Shown here piece by piece: positions 36,701 through 46,292 of a stretch of DNA of 64,000 nucleotides. How positions within the stretch are numbered: the stretch's first letter is position 1; every line of letters starts with the position of its first letter. The position numbers and the translations under genes are program-made. Under the pieces are notes generated by a model. The model was not told the DNA's origin, did no database searches, and saw only the letters and a program-made list of their open reading frames with translations. Where the stretch lies: the NCBI RefSeq assembly GCF_963921235.1, contig NC_086097.1:114640001-114704000 (forward strand), in the 5' to 3' direction. Origin of the DNA: Mobula hypostoma (lineage: Eukaryota).

Positions 36701-39700
36701 CACATAAATCCAGAGTTAACAATAATGGTGATCCCAAGCTATCTCGTAATATATTCCAAAATTAGAAAAAAAATCCAGAATACGAAACACTTCTAGCCCC
36801 AAGCATTTCAGATGAGGGGTTCTCAACCTATATGAAGGAGAAGGTTCTTGGGAAGCTGAAAGATCTGTAGGTAGGTAAATACCTGGACCAGATGGACTGC
36901 ATCCCAGATTCTGAAAGAGGTAACTGGAAAGATTGTGAAAGCATTAGTAATGTTCTTTCAAGAATCACTAGATTCTGAAATGGTTCTGGAGGAATGGAAA
37001 ACTGCAAAGCCGGCTCCACTTTTTAAGAAAGGAGGGAGGCAGACAGAAGAAAATTATAAGGTATTGCACATGAGGCTGCTGAACAAGGTAAGAATCCAGG
37101 GTATTACAGGAAGGACATTAACTTGGATAGAAGATTGGCTGACTGACAGGAGGCAAAGTGCGGGAGTAAAGGACCCTCTTCTTGTTAGCTGTCAGCAACT
37201 AGTGGTGTTCCACAGGGGTTAATGTTGGACAGATTCTTTTTACGTTATATGTCCAACGATTTGGATGAAGGAATTGATGGTTTTGTGGCCAAGTTTGCTG
37301 ATGATTCGAAGTTGGGTGGAGGGGCAGATAGTGTTGATGAAGCAGGGAGGCTGCAGAAGGACTTGGATTGGGAGAATAGACAAAGTGGCAGAAGTGGAAT
37401 ATAGTGTAGGGAAGTGTATGGTCATGCATTTTGGTAGAAGGAATAGAACTGTAGATTTGGGAGTCCTCATGCAGGATTCCCTCAAGGCTAACTTACAGGT
37501 TTGATCAGTGGTGAGGAAGGCAAATGCAAAGTTAATTCATTTTGAGAGTACTATAATATAAAAGCAAGGCTGTAATGCTGAGGTTTATAAGACATTGGTT
37601 AGACTACATTTTTATAGTATTGTGAGCACTTCTAGGCCCTTTATCTAACAAAAGATGTGCTGACATTGGAGAGGTTCCAGAGGAGGTTCCTGAGAATGAT
37701 TCTGGGAATAAAAGGGTTAATGCATGAGGAGTGTTGATGACTCTGAGTCTGTACTCACTGGATTTTTGAAGAATGGGGGACGGGTGGATCTTATTGAAAC
37801 CTATCTAAGGCTACGTCCACACTAGACTGGATAATTTTGAAAACACCGTTTTCAAGTAAAAACGACAGGCGTCCACGCCAAGCATTTTCCAAAATATCTC
37901 CGTCCACATTAGAATGGACATTTAGGCAAATCTCCTACTGGGCATGCGCAGGACACAGAAAACAAGCGAAGAGGAAACGGTATACTTGGTGCACGTTTGT
38001 CCAATTACAGACTAGAAAAACTTTAAAGGAATTGCTGTTGGCTCTCACGCAGGAGGACTTAAAACTAAAAAAAAACGAATACTGGAGCATATGGAGGCAA
38101 CCGACAGGGAGCTCACGGACAGTATGACTCGGCTGACGACGAACATTGAAAAACTAACTCTGTTGCATTAATAAAGCACCTTGTTAAATGTATAAAACAT
38201 GTCTACATCAATGTTATCTTGTATTTCCATACAATGTTATATTAGGCTGTTACACATCTATTGTCAGAGAAGTACTTGCGTAAATAGGTAAACCACCTTC
38301 ATACAAGCAAGGACAGAAAACAGGGCAAAGTGAGTATACTTATTTATTCAGTAAGCTATGGGTCAACGTATTTGTTGAGTACGCTTCTAAGTCTTCTGGC
38401 TTCAGTCTTGTTGCCATCTGTTCTGAAATTGTTAGGTTGTGTGGGTAGATTGCGTTCAAGAAAACAGTGAAATGCCGTGCTGCTGCCATCTGTTCCTGCA
38501 TGTCATGACAGCGTTTTTAAATAGTCAAAAAAGCTCAGTTTACAATTTAACACTCACGCTGTTCACACCGATTGCGCCTTATAACAGCCGTCTGGCAGTG
38601 CTTGCGCAGTACCAAGCAGAAACAGAAAAAGCATTGTTGTTGTGGTATTGTCATGACAGCATTTTTAAATATCTCTGTTTATCCAGTCCACACTACAACG
38701 CGCAACAATCGTTTTCAAATTTACACACTCTGGAGGGTGTTAGAAAAGCTCCATTTTGGGGGGATGAAAACGCCGTTTCAATGTGGACAGAGGGTCAAAA
38801 CGAAGAGAAAAAGCTTCGTTTTCAAAATTATCCAGCGTAGTGTGGACGTAGCCTAATATTGAAAGGCCTAGATAGAGTAGATGCGCAGAAGATATTCCCT
38901 ATAGTGGGTGAGTCTAGGACGTCCATTTAGAACAGAGATGTAAAGGAATTTCTTTAGCCAGAAGGTGATGAATCTGTGCAATTCATTTCCACAGATGGCA
39001 GTGGAGGCCAAGTCATTGAGTATATTTAAAACGGTGGTTCATAGGTTCTTGGTTAGTAGGGCATCAAAGTTTTGGGGAGAAGACAGGAGAATGAGGCTGA
39101 GAGGGGAAATGAATCGGCCAAGATGGAATGGTGGAACAGACTTGGTGGGCCAAATGGCCTAAATCTGCTCCTATGTCTTTCAATCTATTATAGTCTAACA
39201 GTCTTTGATTTTCAGACTGAGCAATGGCATATGCATAGCTGCCAAGGTCTGAAGCTATATTCCAGTTCATGCTCAGATCCTTCATGGAAAATAAAAGGGA
39301 CACTGGACATGGAAATTTTAGATTTACATGATGTTCTCAGAATTTTTGCAATGTAAAATGTAGTGGTCTAGGTTTCCCATTGTATGGCAAAATGCAAGCT
39401 GATTATTGTTATACTATTGGAAAAATATTATTATATTGTTGTCCGTTGTGGCAAGATTTGATTTTATTGCAATGTTATTCAGCACTACTTCTAAAGATCA
39501 TACTGCATTCTTTTAGAGGAACTCAGCAGGTCAAGCAGCATCTATGGAGAAGAAACAGCAGTCAACAATTCAGGCAAAGACCCCGATGAAGGGTCTCAGC
39601 TCAAAACGTCAACTGTTTATTCCTCTCCATAGATGCTGCCTGACCTGCTGAGTTCCTCCAACATTTTCTGTGTGTTGCTCTGGATTTCCACAATCTAACA

Positions 39701-39996
39701 AATCTCTTTACTGCATTGTTTTTCAGCATTGTTGCTTGATGGATGTGACTGTTTTGGATGAAGCAGAAAAGCCTTTCTGGTGTGTTAGCTCGCCTGTGGC
39801 TTTGCAGACAGTTCCTGCATCTGACATAAGATACAGATATCTGGGCAAGAAGCAGACAATTGACTACAAGGATCATGAAGGAAAAGTTCATATGGAATTA
39901 ATGTGGTTGGAAGAAGAACGACAATATTACGTGGTCAATCTTGTTCTTTACTTCACTGTTGAAAAAGTTAATGTCTGGTTTGCAACAAGTTACTAA
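3217..39996 (+). CDS. FBXO15: F-box only protein 15 orthologue, 5'-partial: join(3217-3321,6466-6708,15774-15980,18880-19009,22405-22487,22948-23093,25519-25643,39727-39996)
   Basis: Eight exons with AG acceptors and GT donors and compatible phases. They total 1309 nt (1 nt + 435 codons + TAA). The translation is colinear with vertebrate FBXO15 as recalled: F-box, KPxNxYTGLP, LHPGxLxGxW, DDxxEYGL, MDVTxLDExxKPFWC and a VNLVLY...WF..Y* end. Confidence 0.93.
3495..6077 (+). mobile_element. degraded Penelope-like element (RT + GIY-YIG + tail), interrupted at about 3740-4430
   Basis: Fragments [34 protein letters not shown] and [14 protein letters not shown] match the 30856-32217 PLE ORF; decayed tail at 5980-6077. 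Confidence 0.85.
3851..4392 (+). mobile_element. non-autonomous mariner element
   Basis: About 70-bp TIRs (cgagaggtaattgataagtttgtggcctaagg... / ...ccttaggccacaaacttatcaatcacccgtcg), TA on both sides, and a transposase C-terminal remnant [26 protein letters not shown]. Confidence 0.88.
6466..6708 (+). CDS. FBXO15: fbxo15 exon
   Basis: ttccccag|T...AA|gtaaga; [11 protein letters not shown]...FWKKEFI...[19 protein letters not shown]. Confidence 0.92.
9713..9770. repeat. compound (GA)n(CA)n microsatellite
   Basis: Directly visible. Confidence 0.95.
11240..11908 (+). mobile_element. CR1-like LINE 3' end
   Basis: VIKKANGML...[16 protein letters not shown] and [20 protein letters not shown]. Confidence 0.85.
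12033..12235 (+). mobile_element. tRNA-derived SINE with RTE-like tail; second copy at 57650-57868 on the - strand
   Basis: A box tggtgtagtg and decayed B box; shared body ...ttgccatgaaaac; tail ccatagggtcaccgtgtctcgacaacg. Confidence 0.7.
12486..13325. mobile_element. CR1 3' end (-, 12486-12765) next to a Rex1-like 3' end (+, 12766-13325)
   Basis: [13 protein letters not shown] with a (ccataaga)n tail; then [12 protein letters not shown] coding sequence and a caataaagatatttcaatttcaat tail. Confidence 0.75.
13640..15095 (+). mobile_element. degraded Tc1 transposon inserted in a CR1 fragment; right end not found
   Basis: Left end cagtactgtgcaagagtct; transposase remnants [27 protein letters not shown] and [10 protein letters not shown] with stops and frameshifts. 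Confidence 0.85.
15774..15980 (+). CDS. FBXO15: fbxo15 exon
   Basis: ttctgcag|A...GG|gtaagt; [18 protein letters not shown]...[17 protein letters not shown]. Confidence 0.92.
18880..19009 (+). CDS. FBXO15: fbxo15 exon
   Basis: tctcttag|A...CAA|gtgagt; [43 protein letters not shown]. Confidence 0.9.
19270..19497 (-). mobile_element. tRNA-derived V-SINE/HE1-like SINE; related copy at about 7085-7265
   Basis: Reverse strand has a tRNA-like head followed by a gtttgtacattctctctgtgaccgcgtgggcttc...tcccacattcc core. Confidence 0.6.
20720..22130 (+). mobile_element. old degraded CR1-like LINE (RT to 3' end)
   Basis: Decayed YMDFQK and [12 protein letters not shown] motifs and a CR1-type 3' region. 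Confidence 0.65.
22405..22487 (+). CDS. FBXO15: fbxo15 exon
   Basis: ttctag|GAA...AG|gtaagg; [27 protein letters not shown]. Confidence 0.9.
22655..22791. mobile_element. 137-bp fold-back insertion of a PLE tail
   Basis: Inverted PLE termini flanked by the exact 14-bp TSD gctaagctattcag (22641-22654, 22792-22805). Confidence 0.88.
22948..23093 (+). CDS. FBXO15: fbxo15 exon
   Basis: ttaaaag|C...G|gtaagg; [48 protein letters not shown]. Confidence 0.92.
23581..25510 (+). mobile_element. 5'-truncated Rex1-like LINE split by an L1 insertion
   Basis: [23 protein letters not shown]...ILMDF continues as [13 protein letters not shown] at 24982; tail caataaagttg followed by AATCT-like repeats. Confidence 0.88.
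23727..24977 (-). mobile_element. 5'-truncated L1-clade LINE (ORF2 C-terminus)
   Basis: [30 protein letters not shown] and zinc knuckle CDRC...HMFWSC; AATAAA/A-rich tail; 14-bp TSD actgatggactttt (23713-23726, 24978-24991). Confidence 0.88.
25519..25643 (+). CDS. FBXO15: fbxo15 exon (weak acceptor)
   Basis: attgcag|AA...CAG|gtatga; (E)[41 protein letters not shown]; phases bridge the neighbouring exons exactly. Confidence 0.88.
25752..26372 (-). mobile_element. PLE 3' fragment (GIY-YIG end + tail)
   Basis: [13 protein letters not shown]...[23 protein letters not shown]; same family as 30438-33484. Confidence 0.9.
25814..25849 (-). ncRNA. minimal type I hammerhead ribozyme motif, core intact
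   Basis: Reverse complement AGUC-CUGACGA-A-GGGU(CUCG)GCCC-GAAAC-GUC-GACU: stem I AGUC/GACU, stem II, conserved core, GUC cleavage triplet. Confidence 0.85.
28853..29365 (-). mobile_element. older PLE 3' fragment; a short PLE fold-back follows at 29557-29697
   Basis: [20 protein letters not shown] and a PLE tail with decayed hammerhead. Confidence 0.75.
30856..32217 (-). pseudogene. PLE reverse transcriptase + GIY-YIG endonuclease (453-aa open stretch, probably inactive)
   Basis: [24 protein letters not shown] in place of catalytic [34 protein letters not shown]. Confidence 0.9.
33397..33432 (+). ncRNA. hammerhead motif with intact core and mutated stems, sense to the fbxo15 intron
   Basis: AGUC-CUGAUGA-AGAGUCCCGGCCU-GAAAC-GUC-AACU. 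Confidence 0.65.
33842..34791 (+). pseudogene. Tc1 DD34E transposase pseudogene lacking its N-terminal ~19 aa
   Basis: GSSLGAIS...GRRR..SPRDER...WSDETK...QMDNDPKH...SPDLNPIE...GNATKY*; 34 residues between D and E; in-frame stops at 34110, 34341 and 34636 plus a frameshift. Confidence 0.92.
35947..36830 (+). mobile_element. internally deleted Tigger/pogo element (Tigger4/Zombi-like)
   Basis: TIRs caggttaagtacccttatcc / agatgaggggttctcaaccta with TA flanks; CENP-B-type HTH remnant [19 protein letters not shown]...[10 protein letters not shown]...GW..KFKKR. Confidence 0.85.
37809..38853. mobile_element. non-autonomous PIF/Harbinger element
   Basis: About 36-bp TIRs GGCTACGTCCACACTA..CTGGATAATTTTGAAAAC with a TAA TSD (37806-08, 38854-56). 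Confidence 0.88.
39515..39708. mobile_element. PLE-tail fold-back insertion
   Basis: gaggaactcagcaggtca..gcatctatggag / ctccatagatgctgcctgacctgctgagttcctc hairpin; 14-bp TSD tactgcatt(c/g)tttt. Confidence 0.82.
39727..39996 (+). CDS. FBXO15: fbxo15 last coding exon
   Basis: tttttcag|[27 protein letters not shown]...[22 protein letters not shown]. Confidence 0.94.
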   Translation, partial: HCCLMDVTVLDEAEKPFWCVSSPVALQTVPASDIRYRYLGKKQTIDYKDHEGKVHMELMWLEEERQYYVVNLVLYFTVEKVNVWFATSY

Positions 39997-41152
39997 TTCA
40001 GTGCATTAATATCTATATGATAGCCTTCAGAAAATGATTGCTCCATGCATGTGGCAACATGTATGAATCATAATGCTGTATTGAGGCTTCCAGTGTTAAA
40101 CGTTATTTTGGAAAATCTTATTTGATTATGACCCTAGTAATTGGATTTTTGCCTTATACCCTTCTTCCTAAAGGGTTACTTTCCTTTAAAGACACTTACT
40201 GAGATTGATTGCTTCCTTACACTTGACAATACTTTTTCACCACTCAAGTTGCAGGGTATGGTTGTCTGCTGAAACTTTGTTCCATTAACAAAATTATGAC
40301 CCCATCTGGAAGGGTCCCAGTTCTCTTTCAAGGTTGATCTGCCTTTCCTTGCATCTGTGGCAGTGTCAGGAAAGAAGGATGGCTTACTTTGCTTTTGCAA
40401 AATGACTCTGGTGCTGGTAATCTTGCTCCAATTCATTATTTGCACAGAATTCATCTTGTTACATTAACTTGTATCTTCTTGTCGTGCACATTGGCACATT
40501 AGAAATGTTCTCTCACAATGACACTTGTATTAAATACAGAAGATTTAAGCATTGTTAATAATTGAAATAGGCTAATTTGCAAATTTTTGACTGGTGCTTT
40601 TGTGTTCTAAATTTTTGAAGCAACTGTATGGGTTGACACCAAAGTTTAAATATTAAATTAGACTAATTTCAGAAAGCACTACAGTGGACTTTGCTTTACT
40701 GTAGGGCATAATAGTTAAAGGCTAGAAGTTGTGTTAGTGCCTCAGGCTACCATAAAGCTATCTGAGCCATATTTCAAGGTTTACAAATTGTTTGAGAATC
40801 TGCATGAAGGTGTAGCTTGCATGTTGAATTTTTGAGCTGTTGTATACATTTAGTAAAGAGGTTCCATTAAGCATTAAAAGCGGTTGAAGTATTACTGTGT
40901 CACACATTCCTTTGTCTATATGCAGAAAATTGTGTGGCCTCATCATTTTCTAACTCAAACTAATTTCTTTGAAACTGGGGTTACATCAAACAACTCAAAA
41001 ATAAATTAAAAGGATATGGAAAGTCCATAAATTATGTAGATGTGTGGGAAAGAATTTTGAATAAAACGCATTTCAAAGAATTTTAATTACAAAATATATA
41101 CCCCTGTCATTTATATATTAGGTTAATTTATAGTGCAGCTACAACCATGTGA

Positions 41153-41806
41153 AGATAGTCATAGTCATACTTTATTGATCCCGGGGGAAATTGGTTTCCA
41201 TTGATCCCGGGGGAAATTGGTTATTACATAACTGTAATATGTTACAGTTGCACCATAAATAATTAAATAGTAATGAAACCATAAATAGTTAAATAGTAAT
41301 ATGTAAATTATGCCAGGAAATAAGTCCAAGATCAGCTTATTGGCTCAGGGTGTCTGATCCTCCAAGGGTGGAGTTGTAAAGTTTGATGGCCACAGGCAGG
41401 AATTGACTTCCTATGACGCTCTGTGTTGCATCTCGGTGGAATGAGTCTCTGGCTGAATGTACTCCTGTGCCCAACCAGTACATTATGTAGTAGATGGAAG
41501 ACATTAACCAAGATGGCATGCAACTTGGACAGCATCCTTTTTTCAGACACCACCGTGAGAGAGTCCAGTTCCATCCCCACAACATCACTGGCCTTACGAA
41601 TGAATTTGTTGATTCTGTTGGTGTCTGCTACCCTCAGCCTGCTGCCCCAGCACACAACAGCAAACATGATCGCACTGGTCACCACAGACTCGTAGAACAT
41701 CCTCAGCATCGTCCGGCAGATGTTAAAGGACCTCAGTCTCCTCAGGAAATAGAGATGGCTCTGACCCTTCTTGTAGACAGTCTCAGTGTTCTTTGACCAG
41801 TCCAGT
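41153..41806 (-). mobile_element. Rex1-like LINE 3' end
   Basis: MLRMFYESVVTSAIMFAVVCWGS; (tagtca)n tail next to tttattg. Confidence 0.82.
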
Positions 41807-42039
41807 CAGATCTACTGAGCAGGAAACTTGGCTACTGACAATTTCCTCCTCCCACCAACCAACCAACCAACCCTTGAGGAAATATTTCCTTGTAGAGAGA
41901 AATGTCTTGTACAGTAAGTTAAAACTTTAAAAGATAGTCTTTTGTATTTTAGACAATAGATCTAAACTCTTCTATGTACTTTTTTCTTTCCCCTGTCTGA
42001 GACTGGTAGTGATAGGTGGAACTAGGTATATCAAGAAGA

Positions 42040-44210
42040 AAATAGGCAGAGAGAGCTGGGTGGGGAAAGTGTAAATGGTAGGTGGAGCTTGATGAAAGAG
42101 GGATGAAGGGCACATGGATCCAGGTGGGGGAGGGGATAGGAACGGTGAATGAAGGGAGAAACTCCCATTGATGGTAGGTGAGTGGTGAAGTGTAGAAGGG
42201 TGATGAGTTGGGGAGAGGTAAAGAACAAATGAGGGGATCAAGGAGGGAATGACATTGGGTGGACTGGTGGGAGTAGGATAGGGCCATGGGGGAAGTGGGG
42301 CTACCTGAAGCTGCAGATTGACGGGGCTAAACAGAACACGAGGCGCTCTTCTAGTTTGCATTTGGCCTCTCCCTGGCAGTGCACCAGGGCATTGGAAATT
42401 ACATTCCCGCAATGGCCATATGGGGCGGAGCATGGGTGCTCTGCAAAGTGCCTACTGCATGCTTGATTTCACTGACGTAGAGGGGGTATTGTCGTGAGCC
42501 CTGAATGCAGTCAATCAAAGGAGGTAAACATGAATCTTTGCCTCTCGTGGAAGGACTGTTGGGTTCCTGGATAGTGCTGAGGGAGGTGGTGTAAGGACAA
42601 GTGTTGCCCCTCCTGTGGTTGCAGGGGAAAGTGCAAGGGGTATGGGGAGGGTCTAGGCGGGAAGGGATGAGCAGCCGAGGGAGTTGCAGAGGGAGTGGTC
42701 CTGGATAGGCAAGGAAAGGAGGCTCACACTAGCAGAATGTAGGGTTGATGGCAGGATTCTTGGCATTGTGGAGGGACAGAGGGATCTTTGGGTCGACAGC
42801 ACTAGATTGAAGTTGCTGCACATGTTGATAGGGTTATTAAAGCGTCTGCTGTGTTGGCCTCTATTAGTTGAAAGATTGAGTTTGAGAGCTACGAGGTAAT
42901 ATTGTAGCTCTGTAAAACCATGCTTAGATCACACTTGCAATATTGTGTACTGCTCTGGTCGCCACTTTATAGGAAGGATGTTGAAACTCTAGAGAGAATG
43001 CAGAAGAGACTTACCAGGATGCTGCCCAGTCTAGAGAGCAATCCATATGAGGACCGGTTGAGTGAGCCAGGGCTTTTCTTTTTGGAGTGAAGAAGGATGA
43101 GAGGTGAATTATTAGAGGTGTATAAGATGATAAAAGGCATAGATTGAGTGGACAGTCAGAAACTTCCCTGGGTGGAAATGATTAATATGAGAGGACATAA
43201 TTTTAAGGTGATTGGCAAAAGTGTGTGGGGGGGGGGGCAGTGTGGATATCAGAGGTAAGTTTACACAGAGGGTGGTGGGTGTATGGAATGCCCCGCCAGG
43301 GTGCTGGTCGAGGCTGACACACTTGGGGAATTTAAGAAACTCTTAGATAGGCACATGTATGGCAGAAAAGTGGAGGGCTACGTAGGAGAGAAGGATGAGA
43401 TTGATCTTGAAATGTTAGCACAACGTCATAGGCTGTGTTCTGTTAATAGAAGCCAAAGGGATTGGCAAAGGATGGTGTGCTAGGTGCAGAAGGTGATGGG
43501 GTGAAAGAGGATTGGGGGGGACTCCATCTCTGTTCAGGAGACACAAGAGACTGCAGGTACTGAGATCTAGATCACAAAATAAGCAGCTGGAAGAATTCAG
43601 AAGATCAGGCAGCATCTATACAATGAAATGGACAGTCAACATTTTGGGTCGAGACCCTTCATCTGAATTGCTAGCTGAAGAGTTGGATGCCCTTTCCTCC
43701 CACAAATTCTGCTTCACCCTACTTTAGATGCTTGTTTTTGCTCTATCTCTGTTTTATCTGTAGAGAGGATGGGTGAGAATAGATATGTGGGAAATGCAAG
43801 AAGGACGTGAGGGGTTCATCGATTATGTGAGAGGGGAAGTCACATTTCAGAAGTCCTTGGGTGGAGCAAATGTGGTGGAGACAGCAAAACTGATAGACAG
43901 GGATGGCATCCTTGCAGAAGCATAGTTATCTGAGGTACAGTCAAGGTAGCTGTAGGAGTCCCAAGGTTTATGGTAGATATCAATGAATAATTTGTCTTCT
44001 GAGATGGAGATGGAAAGATCTAGAAAAGGAAGAGAAGAGTCAGATGTAGCCCAGGTTAACTTGAGGACTTTTAAGTTGATGGCAAATGTGATAAAATTGA
44101 CAAGTTCTGCATGACTGCCAGAAACAGCAACAAAACAGTAATTAGTGTTGTGGCGAAGGGTGCTAGAATAGATACGGAACAGGGACAGGATTGCCTATAG
44201 CTAGGATTTT
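42040..44210 (-). mobile_element. old PLE remnants interrupted by a CR1 3' end (about 42720-43445, +) and a PLE fold-back (about 43535-43740)
   Basis: Antisense PLE-like motifs; CR1 LEYCV/RRMRG-like sequence; TSD ctc(c/t)atctctgtt at 43522-43534 and 43741-43753. Confidence 0.6.
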
Positions 44211-44360
44211 GATTTGGAAACGGCGGGAAGAATCGAAAAGAGTGGGAAAGTTTACCCTTCAAACAAGCTTTTTTTGTAGCTGGTTCTGTATTTTAGCATT
44301 GGTTCTGTATTTTAGCTCATGTTTAACAAATGAATTATTTTGGGATTGAATTGGTAAAAA

Positions 44361-44673
44361 ATAATGGCATCCATTAGACTTGTGAGACCATGGATCTGCA
44401 CCGGAAAGTCTTCACTCTCCAGGGCGCATGCCTGGGCAAGGTTGTATGGAAGACCAGCGGTTGCCCATGCTGCAAGTCTCCCCTCTCCACGACACCGATG
44501 TTGTCCAAGGGAAGGGCAAGGGCCGATACAGCTTGGCACCAGTGTCATCGCACAGAACTGTGTGGTTAAGTGCCTTGCTCAAGAACACAACACATTGCCT
44601 CGGCTGGGGTTTGAACTCAACGACCTTCAGATCACTAGTTGAATGTCTTAACCACCTGGCCACATGCCCACAC
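44361..44673 (-). mobile_element. full-length tRNA-derived SINE with CORE-like domain
   Basis: A box tggccaggtgg, B box gagttcaaacc, core tgtgttcttgagcaaggcacttaacc; 12-bp TSD aattggtaaaaa (44349-60, 44674-85). Confidence 0.82.
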
Positions 44674-46292
44674 AATTGGTAAAAAGGTATCTAGATTAAT
44701 GTCAGTTGTTATGAGAAAATCTTCTATGGTGACCCCGCATTGTTGTTTTATCACTAATATTTGATCCATTGTAATTAGGCTCCTCTACATGAAGGCAGTG
44801 GTGCTATGCTCTGTACTTGGCATTCATTGAACAAGGCTGCAGTGTCTTCCAGATCAGAATCAAAATCAGAAGTTCTTGACTTGAGGAAATTGAAAAACAG
44901 CTAAACTGGCAAGAAATTGACAAATGCATTGATATTTCTATTTCCAAAACCTATGGTGGGGAGTAGGGGGGGTGAGATTAATCATAAAGTACTGCAGTAT
45001 AAAAACAGACCCTTCGGCCCTTCTAGTATGTAGCAAACCATTAATCTGCCTAGCCCCAGCGACACGCGGTTGTAACATACTCCCCTCCCATCTATGTAGT
45101 TGGCCAAATTTCTCTTAAATGTTGAGATTTTACCTGCATCCACCACTTGTGCTGGCAGTTTGTTCCACACTTTCAACACCCTCTGACTGAAGAAGCCCTC
45201 CCCCACCTCTTGTTCCCCTTAATCATTTCACCTTTCACCCCTAACCCATGATATCTAGTTGTAGTCTCATCCAACCTCGGTGGAAAACACCTGCTTCCAC
45301 ATCGGTCTTCTATGTTTTAGCACATAAAGATGAAACCTGTTCAACCTTTCCCTCTTACTCAGGTCCTCATGTCCCAGCAATATCCTTATAAATGTTCTCT
45401 GCATTCTTTCAACCTTATTTACATCTTTCCTATAGGTCAGTGACAAAAACTTCACACAATAATCCAAATTAGGCCTCACCAGTGTCTTATACAATTTCAA
45501 CATAGCATCCCAACTCCCGTACTCAATACATTGATTTATGAAGGCCAATATGCAAAACCCATCTTTATAACCCTCTCTACATGTGCCACCACTTTCAATT
45601 AATTATAAACCTCTATTGCCAAATCCCTTTGTTCTCCTGCAGTACTCAGTGCCCTACCGTTCTCAGTGTAAGACCTACCCTGGATGGTCTACCAAAGTGC
45701 AAAACATCGTACTTGTTGGCATTAAATTCCATCTGCCATCTTTCAGCCCATTTTTCCAGTTGATTCAGATTGTTCTTCAAGCTTTGATAGTCTTCCTCGC
45801 TGTCCACCACACCCCCAATCTTGGCGTCATCCTCAAATTTGCTGATCCAGCTTTCAACATTATCATCCAGATTGTTGATATAGATGACAAATAACAATGT
45901 GCTCAGCATATCACTTGTCACAAGACTCCAGTCAAAGAATCAACCAACTAAACCACTCTCTGGCTTCTCCCATGAAGCCAATATCTAATCCAATTTACTA
46001 CCTCATCTTGAATGCCAAGTGACTGAACTTTCTTGACCAACCTCCAATGTAGAACCTTATCAAAGGCCTTGCTAAAGTCTACATAGACAACATCCATTGC
46101 CTTGTCTTCATGAACTTTCCTGGTAACTTCCTTGAAAAACTCCATAAGATTGGTTAGACATGACCTATCATGCACAAAGTCATATTGACCATCCCTAATC
46201 AGTCCCTGTCTGTACAAATACTTATACTTCCGGCCTTTTAGAATACCTTCCAATAACTTTTCTACTAATGATGTCAGGTTTACCAGCCTATA

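Larger units (their letters stand above)
29370..39180 (+). mobile_element. CR1-like LINE (ORF1 esterase remnant, APE, RT, 3' end) split by PLE, Tc1, Tigger and Harbinger insertions
   Basis: CR1 sequence rejoins across each insertion (GDIY|RFLN at 30339/35020; gaaacctatctaa|tattgaaagg); motifs include [19 protein letters not shown] and [11 protein letters not shown]. Confidence 0.8.

Noticed and set aside
40176..40946. - strand ORFs of 92 and 62 aa downstream of the fbxo15 stop
   Set aside because: No recognisable domain or consistent splice structure; probably 3' UTR or flank
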